A stretch of 55,891 nucleotides of DNA, the filler included, from Platydemus manokwari (lineage: Eukaryota), in assembly GCA_037951405.1 (NCBI GenBank). It is 5 parts of 5 records of this genome, joined end to end, with 100 filler letters (N's around TTAATTAATTAA, not from the genome) between each part and the next. Parts side by side here need not be neighbours in the genome. Positions count along the whole stretch, not along the records: positions 1 to 9,749 come from JBBMOY011210098.1; positions 9,850 to 20,050 come from JBBMOY011158771.1; 3 more parts are not named here. One strand, 5' to 3'. Numbering within the stretch: position 1 is the first letter of the stretch; each line of letters begins with the position of its first letter. The notes beneath the pieces were generated by a model. That model was not told where the DNA came from. It did not search any database and worked only from the letters and a program-made list of their open reading frames with translations. Shown here piece after piece: positions 1 through 10,370 of the stretch. The position numbers were made by a program, and so were the translations under genes.

Positions 1-389
1 GTAGTTACCTTACTTTATGAAATGCACCAACACATTAAGTTGAAAATAATTTAATGAATTATTATCAAATTATTCTTACAATAAATGTGAAAATTTTTTT
101 ACACTATTATTACAGATGAATCTCTCTGGTGATCAAATTAGTCAATCAATCTTCAAATAATTTAATGTTGTATCAACCATTGCCGCAATCAAATCATCAT
201 TATTTTGGCATAATTTTTAATTCGTACTCTCAATTAATTTCGTGTATGGTTATTTATTCTTTTCGATTGCGATCTTTTGAAAAATTAGATAATATTGTGC
301 ACGAATCTAATATGATTGATGAGAAATACAAAAAATCATTTATAAATTCAATTTTAGAATTGTAAACAAACTTCCAAGATAATCGCTAA

Positions 390-3020
390 CTATTGGTTTA
401 TCCATAAATTGATACTTACTTGAAATTTTTCTTTATTATTTGCCCGTACTATCATCTGCTCTGAAACGACCTTTGGTAATCCAAATGGGAACTTATATGA
501 AACACAGATTTTAAAATTACATTCCATTGACCACTTTTTATTGGCTTCTTCTGAACAATTAGATCTACTTAAAAACCATGGAAAGAAAACAGGCGGTATT
601 TTCGATTCCGGGGATTTAGGTTTCACTGATTCGGCTGATTTCGATCTACCTTCTTTATTGTTTGCTGATTTGATGTTTTCTGTACGAATATCTTTGATTT
701 CCAAATCTATCTCTGACCACGAAGGTTGGGAATAATTTTGAAAGTTTATCAAATAACCTAACGACCAACATTCACATAAATAATAAAGCATTCTGATAAT
801 AGACGTTATAGGTAATATATTTTCCCACATAACTGTGACCAATTCGGGTAAAAGAATGGATTTAGTAAACAGTATATTGCAACAATCTTTATAACTATAG
901 ATAGATTTAATAAATCGATTATTGAAACGCTTAGAAATGCGTTCGGGATTTGATGGATCTTCCAAATAACTTTTCAAATCCGGTCTAAATAAAATACGCA
1001 AGCATTCCACTAAAGAAAATGGACAAGTCACGATCCAGCAATTTAAAGGTGGCAGTGCTTTTTCCCACCATAAAAAATATCCCGTTTCGTGAAGAAAATT
1101 AGCGATTTTAAATGCAACTAATTTCAAATTAAACTTTCGTTGGACTAAATTCTCAAATTCATTAACAGTGATCAGTGGAAAGTTGTGCGATTCTTCTTCG
1201 AAAAATAATTGTGTATCAGTCCAAAAACTTGGAATTGTGCTCATCACATTTTTGAAAATATTTGATTTCGTTGCAAGTGTGATAATTTCCTGTTGAAGAG
1301 ATTTTATTGATTTAGTATTTCGAGAATTTACCAGCACACTTTTCTCACTGAATATAATTTGTGCAGATTTCAGATGAAGTAATCTTTTTAATGATAAAGA
1401 CATGGATGAATTTATTTTCGTTTGGGATTCGATTTTGTTGATTTCTTTTGAAATCTGATCGATATAGCTCTTGAGATATTGAGTCACATCAGATCTAATC
1501 TTGTTCATTCGACGAATGCGATTTTTATCATTCAGATTACTTGTTATTCCAACCAACATGAATGTGATTTCATTTTGTTTGATAATCACTTGCTGTAACC
1601 ATGATCCAACCGAATTCATGAATGAATCTTGAGAATAATTATCGACATCAATGAATATTATCATTAGTGCTGGACAAGTTACAAAAAACGTTAACCAGTT
1701 AGTGATATTATTTTCTGCAATCACATCAATGAATTGAAGATTTAAAAGTTGAATGTCTTCATTGGCTTCTTCTTTTACTTCAAACGATGTATCGAAAATA
1801 TCGATGATGAATTCTTTTTTGTGAATTACATCATCATCATCATTTGGATCAATTAGTGAAATAATAATGCTCAGTTTATCAATTTTTTCTGAACCCACGC
1901 TGTAAATCTTGAGACCGTAATAATTTTTGGCTAAATGTTCCGATTCTTGATAAAATTGTATCACACATTTCAATCCACTTTCGCATATTTCTTTTAGTGG
2001 ACTCGAAAGGGGATTATTATTAATTATCAATTTCTGAGAAGTCATGTATGGGATTTTTTTAATGATATTTGGAGGTATCATTCTTATTTTGTTGTTGCTC
2101 AAGTCCAAGTCATTAGTTATTCTCATAACGCAATCAGGGAATCGAATTATATTATTGGATGATAGATCAACAAAAGATAATGTTTTTTTCAATTTTCTTG
2201 AAATTTTAAAATTAGGTAACTTACTGATTCTGTTATCATTAAGTTTGAGAATTTCTAGATGCTCCATTAAAAATATATCCGATGGTACACTTTTTATGTA
2301 GTTATAAGATAGATCGATTTCTTTTAAATGATTCATATGTTGAATGGCAATTGATATCGATGATATTTGATTATGAGAAAGATAGGCATATTCTAATCTC
2401 TTTATCAAATAAAATCCAGATCCTAACTGAGTCAATTGATTGTGATCTATATTGAGCAATTTCAATTTTTTAAGCAAGTCAATGCCTTTAATAGTTGAAA
2501 TAGAGTTAGCAGTGGTTTTCAACCGAGTAAGTTGATTTAAATTTTCCAATGAGCTTGGAAGAAATGATAAAGAGTTAGAGCATACACTCAGCTCCTTTAA
2601 AGAACTGCCTAATACATTTCCAAATTCTTTACAAAAAGAAGATTCGTTTAATTGATTATTATCTAGGATAAGAACCTGCAATTGACTCATGTTGAAAATA
2701 ATTCCCAGCGGTAATTTAAATAAATTTGAGTTAGATAGATCTAATCTTTGAAGATCGTTTGAAGTTTGTTGTAAATATGAGACATGGTCTGAAGTAAAGT
2801 ACGTTATTTTCAATTTTGAAACATCAGTTGATTTGGCTGAGGCCACTCTTTTCGGATATATATGCCTTTGACCAGTATATTCTACAAATAAAAAGTTGTC
2901 TAATTGTTTTAAATCAGGAGTTGAGGATCTTGAAAATTCGAGACAATTTAACTTTGAATCTCCATTAGAAATCTCAGAACGATAATTCGATTTCAGAATT
3001 TTTGTAGTGTTTGTTGACAT
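390..3020 (-). CDS. LRR-ROC-COR (Roco family, MFHAS1/MASL1-like) protein with degenerate GTPase motifs; first large exon, 3' end probably spliced
   Basis: The ORF has about 11 LRRs (LxxLxLxxNxL) ending in NNPLSSPLKEICESG, the typical pre-ROC cap. Then come a ROC-like fold (LKIYSVGSEKIDKLS; LQFIDVIAE; MLVGITSNL) and COR motifs (IPSFW; FLHETGYFLWW; FFPWFL; YKFPFGLP). First ATG is at 3020 (the track start at 3068 is GTG). A strong donor CAA|GTAAGT at 420/419 suggests that VSINLWINQ* is intron read-through. Confidence 0.8.
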   Translation of the reverse strand: MSTNTTKILKSNYRSEISNGDSKLNCLEFSRSSTPDLKQLDNFLFVEYTGQRHIYPKRVASAKSTDVSKLKITYFTSDHVSYLQQTSNDLQRLDLSNSNLFKLPLGIIFNMSQLQVLILDNNQLNESSFCKEFGNVLGSSLKELSVCSNSLSFLPSSLENLNQLTRLKTTANSISTIKGIDLLKKLKLLNIDHNQLTQLGSGFYLIKRLEYAYLSHNQISSISIAIQHMNHLKEIDLSYNYIKSVPSDIFLMEHLEILKLNDNRISKLPNFKISRKLKKTLSFVDLSSNNIIRFPDCVMRITNDLDLSNNKIRMIPPNIIKKIPYMTSQKLIINNNPLSSPLKEICESGLKCVIQFYQESEHLAKNYYGLKIYSVGSEKIDKLSIIISLIDPNDDDDVIHKKEFIIDIFDTSFEVKEEANEDIQLLNLQFIDVIAENNITNWLTFFVTCPALMIIFIDVDNYSQDSFMNSVGSWLQQVIIKQNEITFMLVGITSNLNDKNRIRRMNKIRSDVTQYLKSYIDQISKEINKIESQTKINSSMSLSLKRLLHLKSAQIIFSEKSVLVNSRNTKSIKSLQQEIITLATKSNIFKNVMSTIPSFWTDTQLFFEEESHNFPLITVNEFENLVQRKFNLKLVAFKIANFLHETGYFLWWEKALPPLNCWIVTCPFSLVECLRILFRPDLKSYLEDPSNPERISKRFNNRFIKSIYSYKDCCNILFTKSILLPELVTVMWENILPITSIIRMLYYLCECWSLGYLINFQNYSQPSWSEIDLEIKDIRTENIKSANNKEGRSKSAESVKPKSPESKIPPVFFPWFLSRSNCSEEANKKWSMECNFKICVSYKFPFGLPKVVSEQMIVRANNKEKFQVSINLWINQ

Positions 3021-3445
3021 TAAAATCTTGATACCACTAACAAATTTGATAAATATACTTTCATACACATATCGATGACATATAAATTGAATGTCACTGC
3101 AATTGTTCTTGAAAAAAGTGTGTTATATTTTTTTCAAATGATTGTGATTAATACAATTTTCATTATTATGAAATTTAAAATTCTACTTTTATTTTACTTA
3201 AACTATTAGCACTAAATTAAAGTACATATTGACAAAACTCATTTTAATAATTATTTCACCAAAAAATATTGGCACTGTAAATTTTAAATCATTTCAATAA
3301 TTTAAAAATAATGTACAACTTACTTAATATACTTAATTTTAAATACTAACTATGAGTTTTTGTTGTTTTAATAATATAGTAATTTAACGTGAATTAAATA
3401 TTTTGAATATTTTAATTATTTTTTATACATATCTATTACATATAA
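3021..3445. promoter_or_regulatory. Probable bidirectional promoter / 5' UTR region between the Roco gene and DDX54
   Basis: Start codons are divergent and only 425 bp apart (3020 minus, 3446 plus). No specific motif identified. Confidence 0.45.
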
Positions 3446-6400
3446 ATGAGTAAAAATAAACAAGCCAAAGGAGAAGGATTTTTGAATTTTAAAATATGTG
3501 ATGAATTATTTCGAGGTATTGTGCGCAAAGGTTATCATGCACCAACTCCAATTCAAAATAAAGTAAGCAGTCAAGTGAGCCTTATTTGTGTTATAATACG
3601 TTCAATAGACAATACCACTAATAATCGCCGGAAGAAACGTAGTTGCTATGGCACCAACAGGTAGTGGTAAAACAGCTTCGTTTTTAATTCCTATGTTCGA
3701 AAAATTGAAAAATCCATTTTGCGGTGAATCACAATCTGGTATGACTGGGCCAAGAGCATTAATCATTTCCCCAACAAGAGAGTTAGCTCTCCAAACCGTA
3801 AAATTTGCATCAGAAGTAACGATTGGATTATTTTTCGACATTTATTTATTATGCAATCTAGCTTGGTCGATTTATGTCAATGAAAGCCGCTGTATTGTTA
3901 GGAGGAGAAAAGTATTATTTACGAGTTGGATAAAATATTATATTTTGCGATTGTAGAATGGATGAAGACTTTAGAGCAATCCACGAAAATCCAGATATGT
4001 AAGTGTAATAATATAATCATAATTTATATTTTGTAACCAACCTAGTTTTTGATTTAATTACATGTCAAATATTTAGTATCATTGCAACACCAGCTAGACT
4101 TTTACATATTCAAGTAGAAATGGGTGCAAAATTCAATTTATCCAATGTCGAATATGTTGTTTTCGATGAAGGTGATCGGTAGGGCTTGATGAATTTCATG
4201 GGGCATAATTATTTCCAATTTTTTTATTCGAGATTATTTGAACTTGGTATGGTGGAACAGCTATCTGAAACACTTAACCGATTACCGAAATCTCGCCAAA
4301 CCGTCATTTTCAGTGCTACACTGCCAGCAAATCTCGTCGAATTTGCCAGAGCCGGCTTGGACAATCCCATATTGGTTCGTCTCGATTTATATCATAGATT
4401 GAGTGATAAATTGAAAATGAACAATTTTTTGTGTAACGATGAAAACAAATTACCAGTTCTCATCGAATTATTACAAATCATTAATCAACGTCGTGAACAA
4501 GTCATCGTTTTCTTTGCGTCCAAACATCACGTTGAATACGTATCCAAGATTCTCGAACGTTATTCACTGAGCCATTGTGTCGTTTACAGTTCATTGGATC
4601 CAGAAGCTCGTCGATTGAACGCTCTCAAGTTCGCCAAACGCGAAACGAATGTTATGTTGACGACAGATATCGCTGCTCGTGGTATCGACATACCGGAATT
4701 GGCCAATATGATCAATTATCATTTCCCAGACAAACCGAAATTGTTCCAACATCGAGTCGGTCGTGTAGCGAGAGCCGGCAAATCGGGTTGTGCATACAGT
4801 TTAGTGGACAGCAATGAATTGCCGTATTTGATGGACACGTTTATGTATTTGACCAAGCCTTTCAAGATGATTGATGATAAAGAAATGGATATCAACACAA
4901 TTCAATCCAGTGGTTATATGGGTTCGATCCCGGTGTCGATTGTCAATGAGCACGTCGAGAAAATCGAATCAATCATAAAGGAAGATTGTGAAGTGGTGAG
5001 TTTTTCGATTTGAAATCATTTATATAAATATCACTCGATCATTGATCGAAACATTCGAACAGTTTTTATTCTCAAATTACTTCATTATTAATATAAAATT
5101 GAATATTTGGCTGGTAATAATATGAATTATTATTGTTGGAATGTATTGTGAGTAGTATATCAGGTGAGTAGTATAATTTATGTTATTATGTTTTGCTTGG
5201 CGTCTCTTAATATATGGGTCTTAGAAAATGGATTTCTTTTCATAGAAATTCGGTACATCTTGTATAAACCAATTAAATCGATATTAATTATAAATATTAT
5301 CAAATATAACTTCATGTGGTACTTCATTCACATAATAATAATATTTCTTATATCCGCATAATATCGTATCTGAATAATAATACCGAATTTTTATTTATAA
5401 TTTTCCAACGATTTAATTGTTCATTGATCCTGTAATGTTGTCGCTGGTTGTTTATAATTGAAAAAAAGTTTCATCCTATCACCAGTATTTGACCAATCAA
5501 TTCAATGCCATTGTTATCAAATCAAAATTGATTTTATGACGAATTAGACTTCAACATAAATTTCTGTTGCATTCATGTGTAATCGAATACGGTATGAAAC
5601 ATTTTAATTGGTTAATTCGATTTTGTTTCTCTGAGTCACATGACTTCTAGAAAATCGATTCGATTGAGTTTCATTTTTTTATTTCGACAAATTCCTATTT
5701 ATCACAATGAGAATAAATTGATTGTTGAATTTGTTATCGACTAGTAATATCACAATCAATTATTTCTGTTATTCTATGTATCAATAATTTCCATTAGTAT
5801 AGCATAAACGAATATATTGATACTGTAAATTTTCTAAACATTTTGTTATCTAAAGATATTATTTTTTATGATATTTTTCATTAAAAATGTTATCAATAAT
5901 TGCTAATTAGACAGACTAAAACATTTTATCTAACTTGAGTTGCTTTCTTTATTGTTAACCAAGTCGAAAATATCGAATTTAACAGCACTTGCTAACGCGA
6001 TATTAAATCAATATCGATTTTTAAGACAGACATTATTTTCTGACTTGATATAATTTGAGAATTATTTTTCCATTGTATTAATTTTTTCTTTTTTTTCGAT
6101 AATTTTGTAAAATTTTATTTGATGATCAAAAGCACAATAATAAAATTTTTATAATTTTCTCCCCATCTATATAATATTTCATACAGAAAGGTCTTCTTGA
6201 TACCAGTACGAGAGCATTTGGTAAATATAATCGTACGAAAAAACTCGCCAGTTCTGAATCAGTGAAGCGATCACGAGCATTTATCGAATCTGTGGAGAAC
6301 ATGCAATGCCATCCAATATTCAATTATGCCAGTCAAATATCAGATATTCAAAAACAATTCAGAGCCATTCTCAAACAAGACCGTCCGAAACGAACGATAT

Positions 6401-7464
6401 TTGAAACGACACACGGCAGAAATGAAAATGCTTGCAAAGCTTTGACGGATCTGCGTAAAATGAAAGAAATCAAGGATTATTTGCATGTCAAGAACAAAAT
6501 CGAGGTGGACAGTGATGAATTTCTTTCATCGAAATGTAAAACACCAATTGCTCCAACTGATAACTACAAGGTGCCAAATTTGTCAGGACCGGATGCTGCT
6601 GAAGCCGGTTTGACGTTACAGAATTCTGGATTCGCTGCTGAAGCTAAAGAGGCGATTCTTGAGTTGCAAAACGATGAAATGCATTCGAAAATGTAGGCCA
6701 ATGATCTTGTGGATTACTTTGTAAACGTTTATATGTGTGGCTTTTCCTAGACGACCTGTCGGTGCCAAGATACAACGGATGACATGGGACAGAAAACGCA
6801 AACGATTCGTCGGCCAGAAACAAGGTGAAGGCAGTAAAGACAAAAAGATTCGCACAGAAAGTGGGGCAGTCATTTCAGCTAGCTATAAAACTGATGCGTA
6901 AGTGTAATCGATAGATAGTCATTATATATAATCATAATATATAATCATAATATATAATCATTATTTATAATCAATATATAATCATTATTTATAAGCGATA
7001 TATTATCGTTATATATAATCAATATATTATCATTATATATAATCGATATAATCATTATATATTATTGAAATATTATCATTATATATTATTGAATATCAAT
7101 ATATTAATCAATAATTTTGTTCAGATATGAGAGATGGTTAAAATCAAGCAATGTCGGCATGATTTCTGCTAAAACCGTCTCATTTGAAGATGATGAAAAC
7201 GATGACAACGCACATGAATCTGGCAAATTCAATAAGAAAAAACCGAAAAAATCCAATAATGGTGGCAAATCATTCCAATTGTTAAATGCGCGCAATAATC
7301 GATATAAGAACTCCACACAGACTCCTCAATTCGATAATCGCGACGGAAAGAAAATAAGAGCTATCAGACCGGAACAGGTGATGAAGAAAATGCGCGAGAA
7401 AGAAAAGGTGAAAGATTTCCAAAAGGCAAGACGAGCTATTAATAAAAAGAAAAAAAATAAATAA
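3446..7464 (+). CDS. DDX54: ATP-dependent RNA helicase DDX54/DBP10, 9 exons
   Basis: GT-AG exons with consistent phases: 3446-3562, 3609-3815, 3862-3911, 3957-3998, 4077-4178, 4233-4995, 6187-6692, 6751-6897, 7125-7464. Motifs: Q motif [60 protein letters not shown]. The DBP10CT signature [10 protein letters not shown]...[15 protein letters not shown] identifies the subfamily. Confidence 0.95.
6920..7100. repeat. Degenerate minisatellite (ATATATAATCATT-like units) in the last DDX54 intron
   Basis: Repeated atatataatcat/tattatcatt words visible directly. Confidence 0.75.
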
Positions 7465-7639
7465 ATTTTTTGTTTGAATCGTTTGAATGTTTTTTTAATG
7501 TGTTGATGGGGTGAGATGATTTATTGATTTTCCCTCGGTATTCATCAGCAGCGGGTGTTAAACCCTTTCATTATTAAATAATTTATATTTGTTTTATATG
7601 AGATTTTATAATTTTATAATATATTTTTAAAAATAAATA

Positions 7640-8480
7640 TTTTAATTTTATTCTCAATCTGATTGGTTAATAATATTCAATTATTATAAAGGTGAATAAA
7701 TGTTATTTTTGTTTATATTTATTAAACATATAATCGATTAATTTGTTATTAATATAAAATTATAACCAATGAGAGCAATTTTTTATTGTTTATATATACT
7801 AAATTAATCTCAATTTGATTGGTTAATAATATTCAATTATTATAAAGATGAATAAATAATTTTTTTATGTACGTTTGTTAAATATAAGCTTGGTTAATTT
7901 GATAATATGAAATTATAACAAATGGGAGTTATTTTTGCTGTTTATATATGTTAAATTTATTCTCAATTTGATTGGTTAATAATTTTGAATTATTATAAAG
8001 TTGAATAAATATTTTTTTATTCTTATTTATTATATTAATGCTTAGTTTAATTTGTTAATAATATAAAATTTTAAAAATTTAAATTATATTTTGTTGTTTA
8101 TATATGTAAATTTAATATCAATTTAATTATTAAATTAAATTAAATTATAATAATGAATAAATATTTTTTATTTATATTTAATAAATTTATGCTCATTTTA
8201 ATTTATTAATAATATAAAATTATAAAAATTCAAATTATTTTTTATATATGTATGCTAAATTAGTCTCATTTTGATTGGTTAATAATATTGAATTATAATA
8301 ATAATAAATAAATATGTTTTATTTATATTCTTTAAATTTATGCTCAATTTAATGTGTTAATAATGTAAAATTATAAAAATTGGAATAATGTTTGTTGTTT
8401 AAATATGTTAAATTTAATCTTAATTTGATTGGATAAAAATGGTTTTGAATATTTTTAAAAATTTTAACCAATATAAATTT
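7640..8480. repeat. Tandem array, unit about 153 bp, about 5.3 copies, most with a GATTGG (reverse CCAAT) core
   Basis: The anchor ctcaatttGATTGGttaataat recurs with GATTGG at 7661, 7817, 7970, about 8125 (degenerate), 8273 and 8427. Inverted taaCCAAT occurs at about 7764 and about 8465. Confidence 0.9.
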
Positions 8481-8554
8481 TATAAATTTTTTTTAATATT
8501 ATTATTTATTTGATCTGAAATTGTCAATGATGTCAGAAACATCAGATACAATTG

Positions 8555-9424
8555 ATGATGTCACTTAATGATAAATATCCAATGATTCAAATGTTACACG
8601 AGACACACAAAGGAAAAGTTTACATTGCCATTAATAAATCATCATTGTTTAAACATCATAAAACTGTTGTGGTTAAAACATTCAACAAAAAGTTGATGGA
8701 TTATTTTATTGATGATGAAAATGGTTCCAAAAAAATCCCAAGAGAAATATTTATCAATAATCTAATCCAGCAGAAATCTATCTGTCCATTAATATTGGGT
8801 ACGCATGATTTGGTGAAAGAATTCGTGATTGTTATGGAACATTTATGTGGTGATTGGAGTGATTTATTCGATTATTTAAGTACTCCTAAGGAACCAAACT
8901 TCATAATGAAAATGTACATGAATACTATGAGAAGGGTATTTAATATATACGATTCTATTAAAATTCAAAGAAAAGAAAAAAAAATTAAAAAAATATTTAA
9001 AAATGTTGTTAAAGCTGTAATCGATTTGACAAAAGAAGGTATTTATCATCTCGATATCAAACCAGAAAATATTATGATTAATCGAAAATCATTAAAAGTC
9101 AAAATATTGGATTACGAAGACGCACAAATTGATAAAGTCAATTTTTATCCGAAATGTAATAGAAGAGTTGGAACAATTGGTTATGTAAGCCCAGAAGTAC
9201 TTAGTGATAAGGAATATGATGTGAAGAAAAGTATGGTTTATACATTAGGATGTTTGATGTTCACTTGCATTGAGGTTAAAGATGTTATCGAACCTAATGG
9301 AACCAAGTTTCGATTTAAAATTTCATCTAAAGAAGCCAGAAATTTTATCAATAATTGCGTTTGTTTCGATGTTGAGAAACGATTGGAATTGGATAACCTT
9401 TTAAACGAATCGTTTTTAAACTAA
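8555..9424 (+). CDS. Intronless divergent Ser/Thr kinase, PIM/CAMK-like
   Basis: Uninterrupted ORF of about 289 aa with VVVK (subdomain II), PRE (alphaC), VMEH...DLFDYL (PIM-like hinge), HLDIKPENIMI (VIb), DYE (VII), GTIGYVSPE (VIII), VYTLGCLMF (IX) and ISSKEARNFINNCV...KR (XI). ATG at 8555 (the track start at 8552 is TTG). Confidence 0.85.
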   Translation: MMSLNDKYPMIQMLHETHKGKVYIAINKSSLFKHHKTVVVKTFNKKLMDYFIDDENGSKKIPREIFINNLIQQKSICPLILGTHDLVKEFVIVMEHLCGDWSDLFDYLSTPKEPNFIMKMYMNTMRRVFNIYDSIKIQRKEKKIKKIFKNVVKAVIDLTKEGIYHLDIKPENIMINRKSLKVKILDYEDAQIDKVNFYPKCNRRVGTIGYVSPEVLSDKEYDVKKSMVYTLGCLMFTCIEVKDVIEPNGTKFRFKISSKEARNFINNCVCFDVEKRLELDNLLNESFLN

Positions 9425-9749
9425 CTTAAATGATGATTATATCGTCGATTTGAATTTGATTAATCTTTTGTTAATAAATTAATTTATTATTATTTTTTGT
9501 TATTTGATGATTATTTAAATTATGATAATTGTATTGTTATAAGTAATTTATTTTAAATATACATATTATTATAAAATTGATTATAAATAATGATAAAATA
9601 ATAAATTATTTATTATAAATAACTGAATTACGTGTGCTTTTTTAATATAAATAAATCCGAATCAATAAATCCGATTTGTATTATACAAATATTTATTGAT
9701 AAAACACAATTTTTTTACAATACAAGTCAGACAGTGTTCGACACCATCA

Positions 9750-9849
9750 NNNNNNNNNNNNNNNNNNNNNNNNNNNNNNNNNNNNNNNNNNNNTTAATTA
9801 ATTAANNNNNNNNNNNNNNNNNNNNNNNNNNNNNNNNNNNNNNNNNNNN
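9750..9849. other. Assembly gap with artificial TTAATTAATTAA six-frame-stop linker (also 20051-20150, 32430-32529, 42873-42972; plain N gap at 18320-18468)
   Basis: The identical 100-nt N-linker-N block occurs four times. Confidence 0.95.
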
Positions 9850-10081
9850 CAATGTAGAATGACTAAACAACAGAGCACAAAGAAAGCTTTAAAATGATAT
9901 ATTATATGAATAATTTTCATAAGATCCTCAATTTAATATTTAAAAATGAAAAGCCAATTTAAAAAAGGCCATTATTTTTGCACCAACCTAATATTATTTT
10001 AGGTTATATTGATATCATTTATTGAAGTTAGAAAGTTGTATCTGGTTATTGTAAGCTGTGACGATTTTAAAGTTTTATAAA

Positions 10082-10370
10082 TCAGTGGGCTTAACACTTT
10101 TTTGTTGCAACCCAATTTATGAGTCAAAATTTTGTCGCGCCCCTAGGCACTAAAATAAAAATAATAAAGTAATAAAAAAAATTTTCAACATCAAAATATA
10201 TATTTAATAATAACAACAATTTTGCATATTCTGGTATAAAACATCAAATCTCGACTCTATCTCAGTTCTAATTCCAGATCTTTTAAATTCGATCGATATT
10301 TTGTCTTAATATAGGTCAGTATCGTAAATGAAATTTCTCGCACTGTCCTGCCCCTTTTGAAAAACACTAT
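10082..10370 (-). mobile_element. Degraded 3' end of a hAT (Buster/Charlie-like) transposon
   Basis: Minus strand reads EISFTILTYIKTKYRSNLKDLELELR, matching the hAT C-terminal E..FS.L..IKTKYRSRL..E.ELR motif. A CAGTGG-type terminus is at 10082. A second, inverted copy is near 45100. Confidence 0.6.

Noticed and set aside
541-2301. Short plus-strand ORFs 541-735 and 2044-2301 (and similar shadows over DDX54 and the Gypsy element)
   Set aside because: Antisense or alternate-frame overlaps of real coding regions, with no independent signal.
3642-3655. X-box-like GTTGCTATGGCACC near the divergent promoter
   Set aside because: Lies in DDX54 coding sequence (VAMAP) and is explained by protein constraint. 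It also mismatches the consensus.
7640-8480. Regularly spaced repeats as a CRISPR-like array
   Set aside because: The whole ~153-bp unit repeats with no unique spacers, there are no cas genes, and the context is eukaryotic.
9794-9805. TTAATTAATTAA palindrome recurring four times between N runs
   Set aside because: Artificial scaffolding linker with stops in all frames, not biological. It also means contig adjacency and gap sizes are uncertain.
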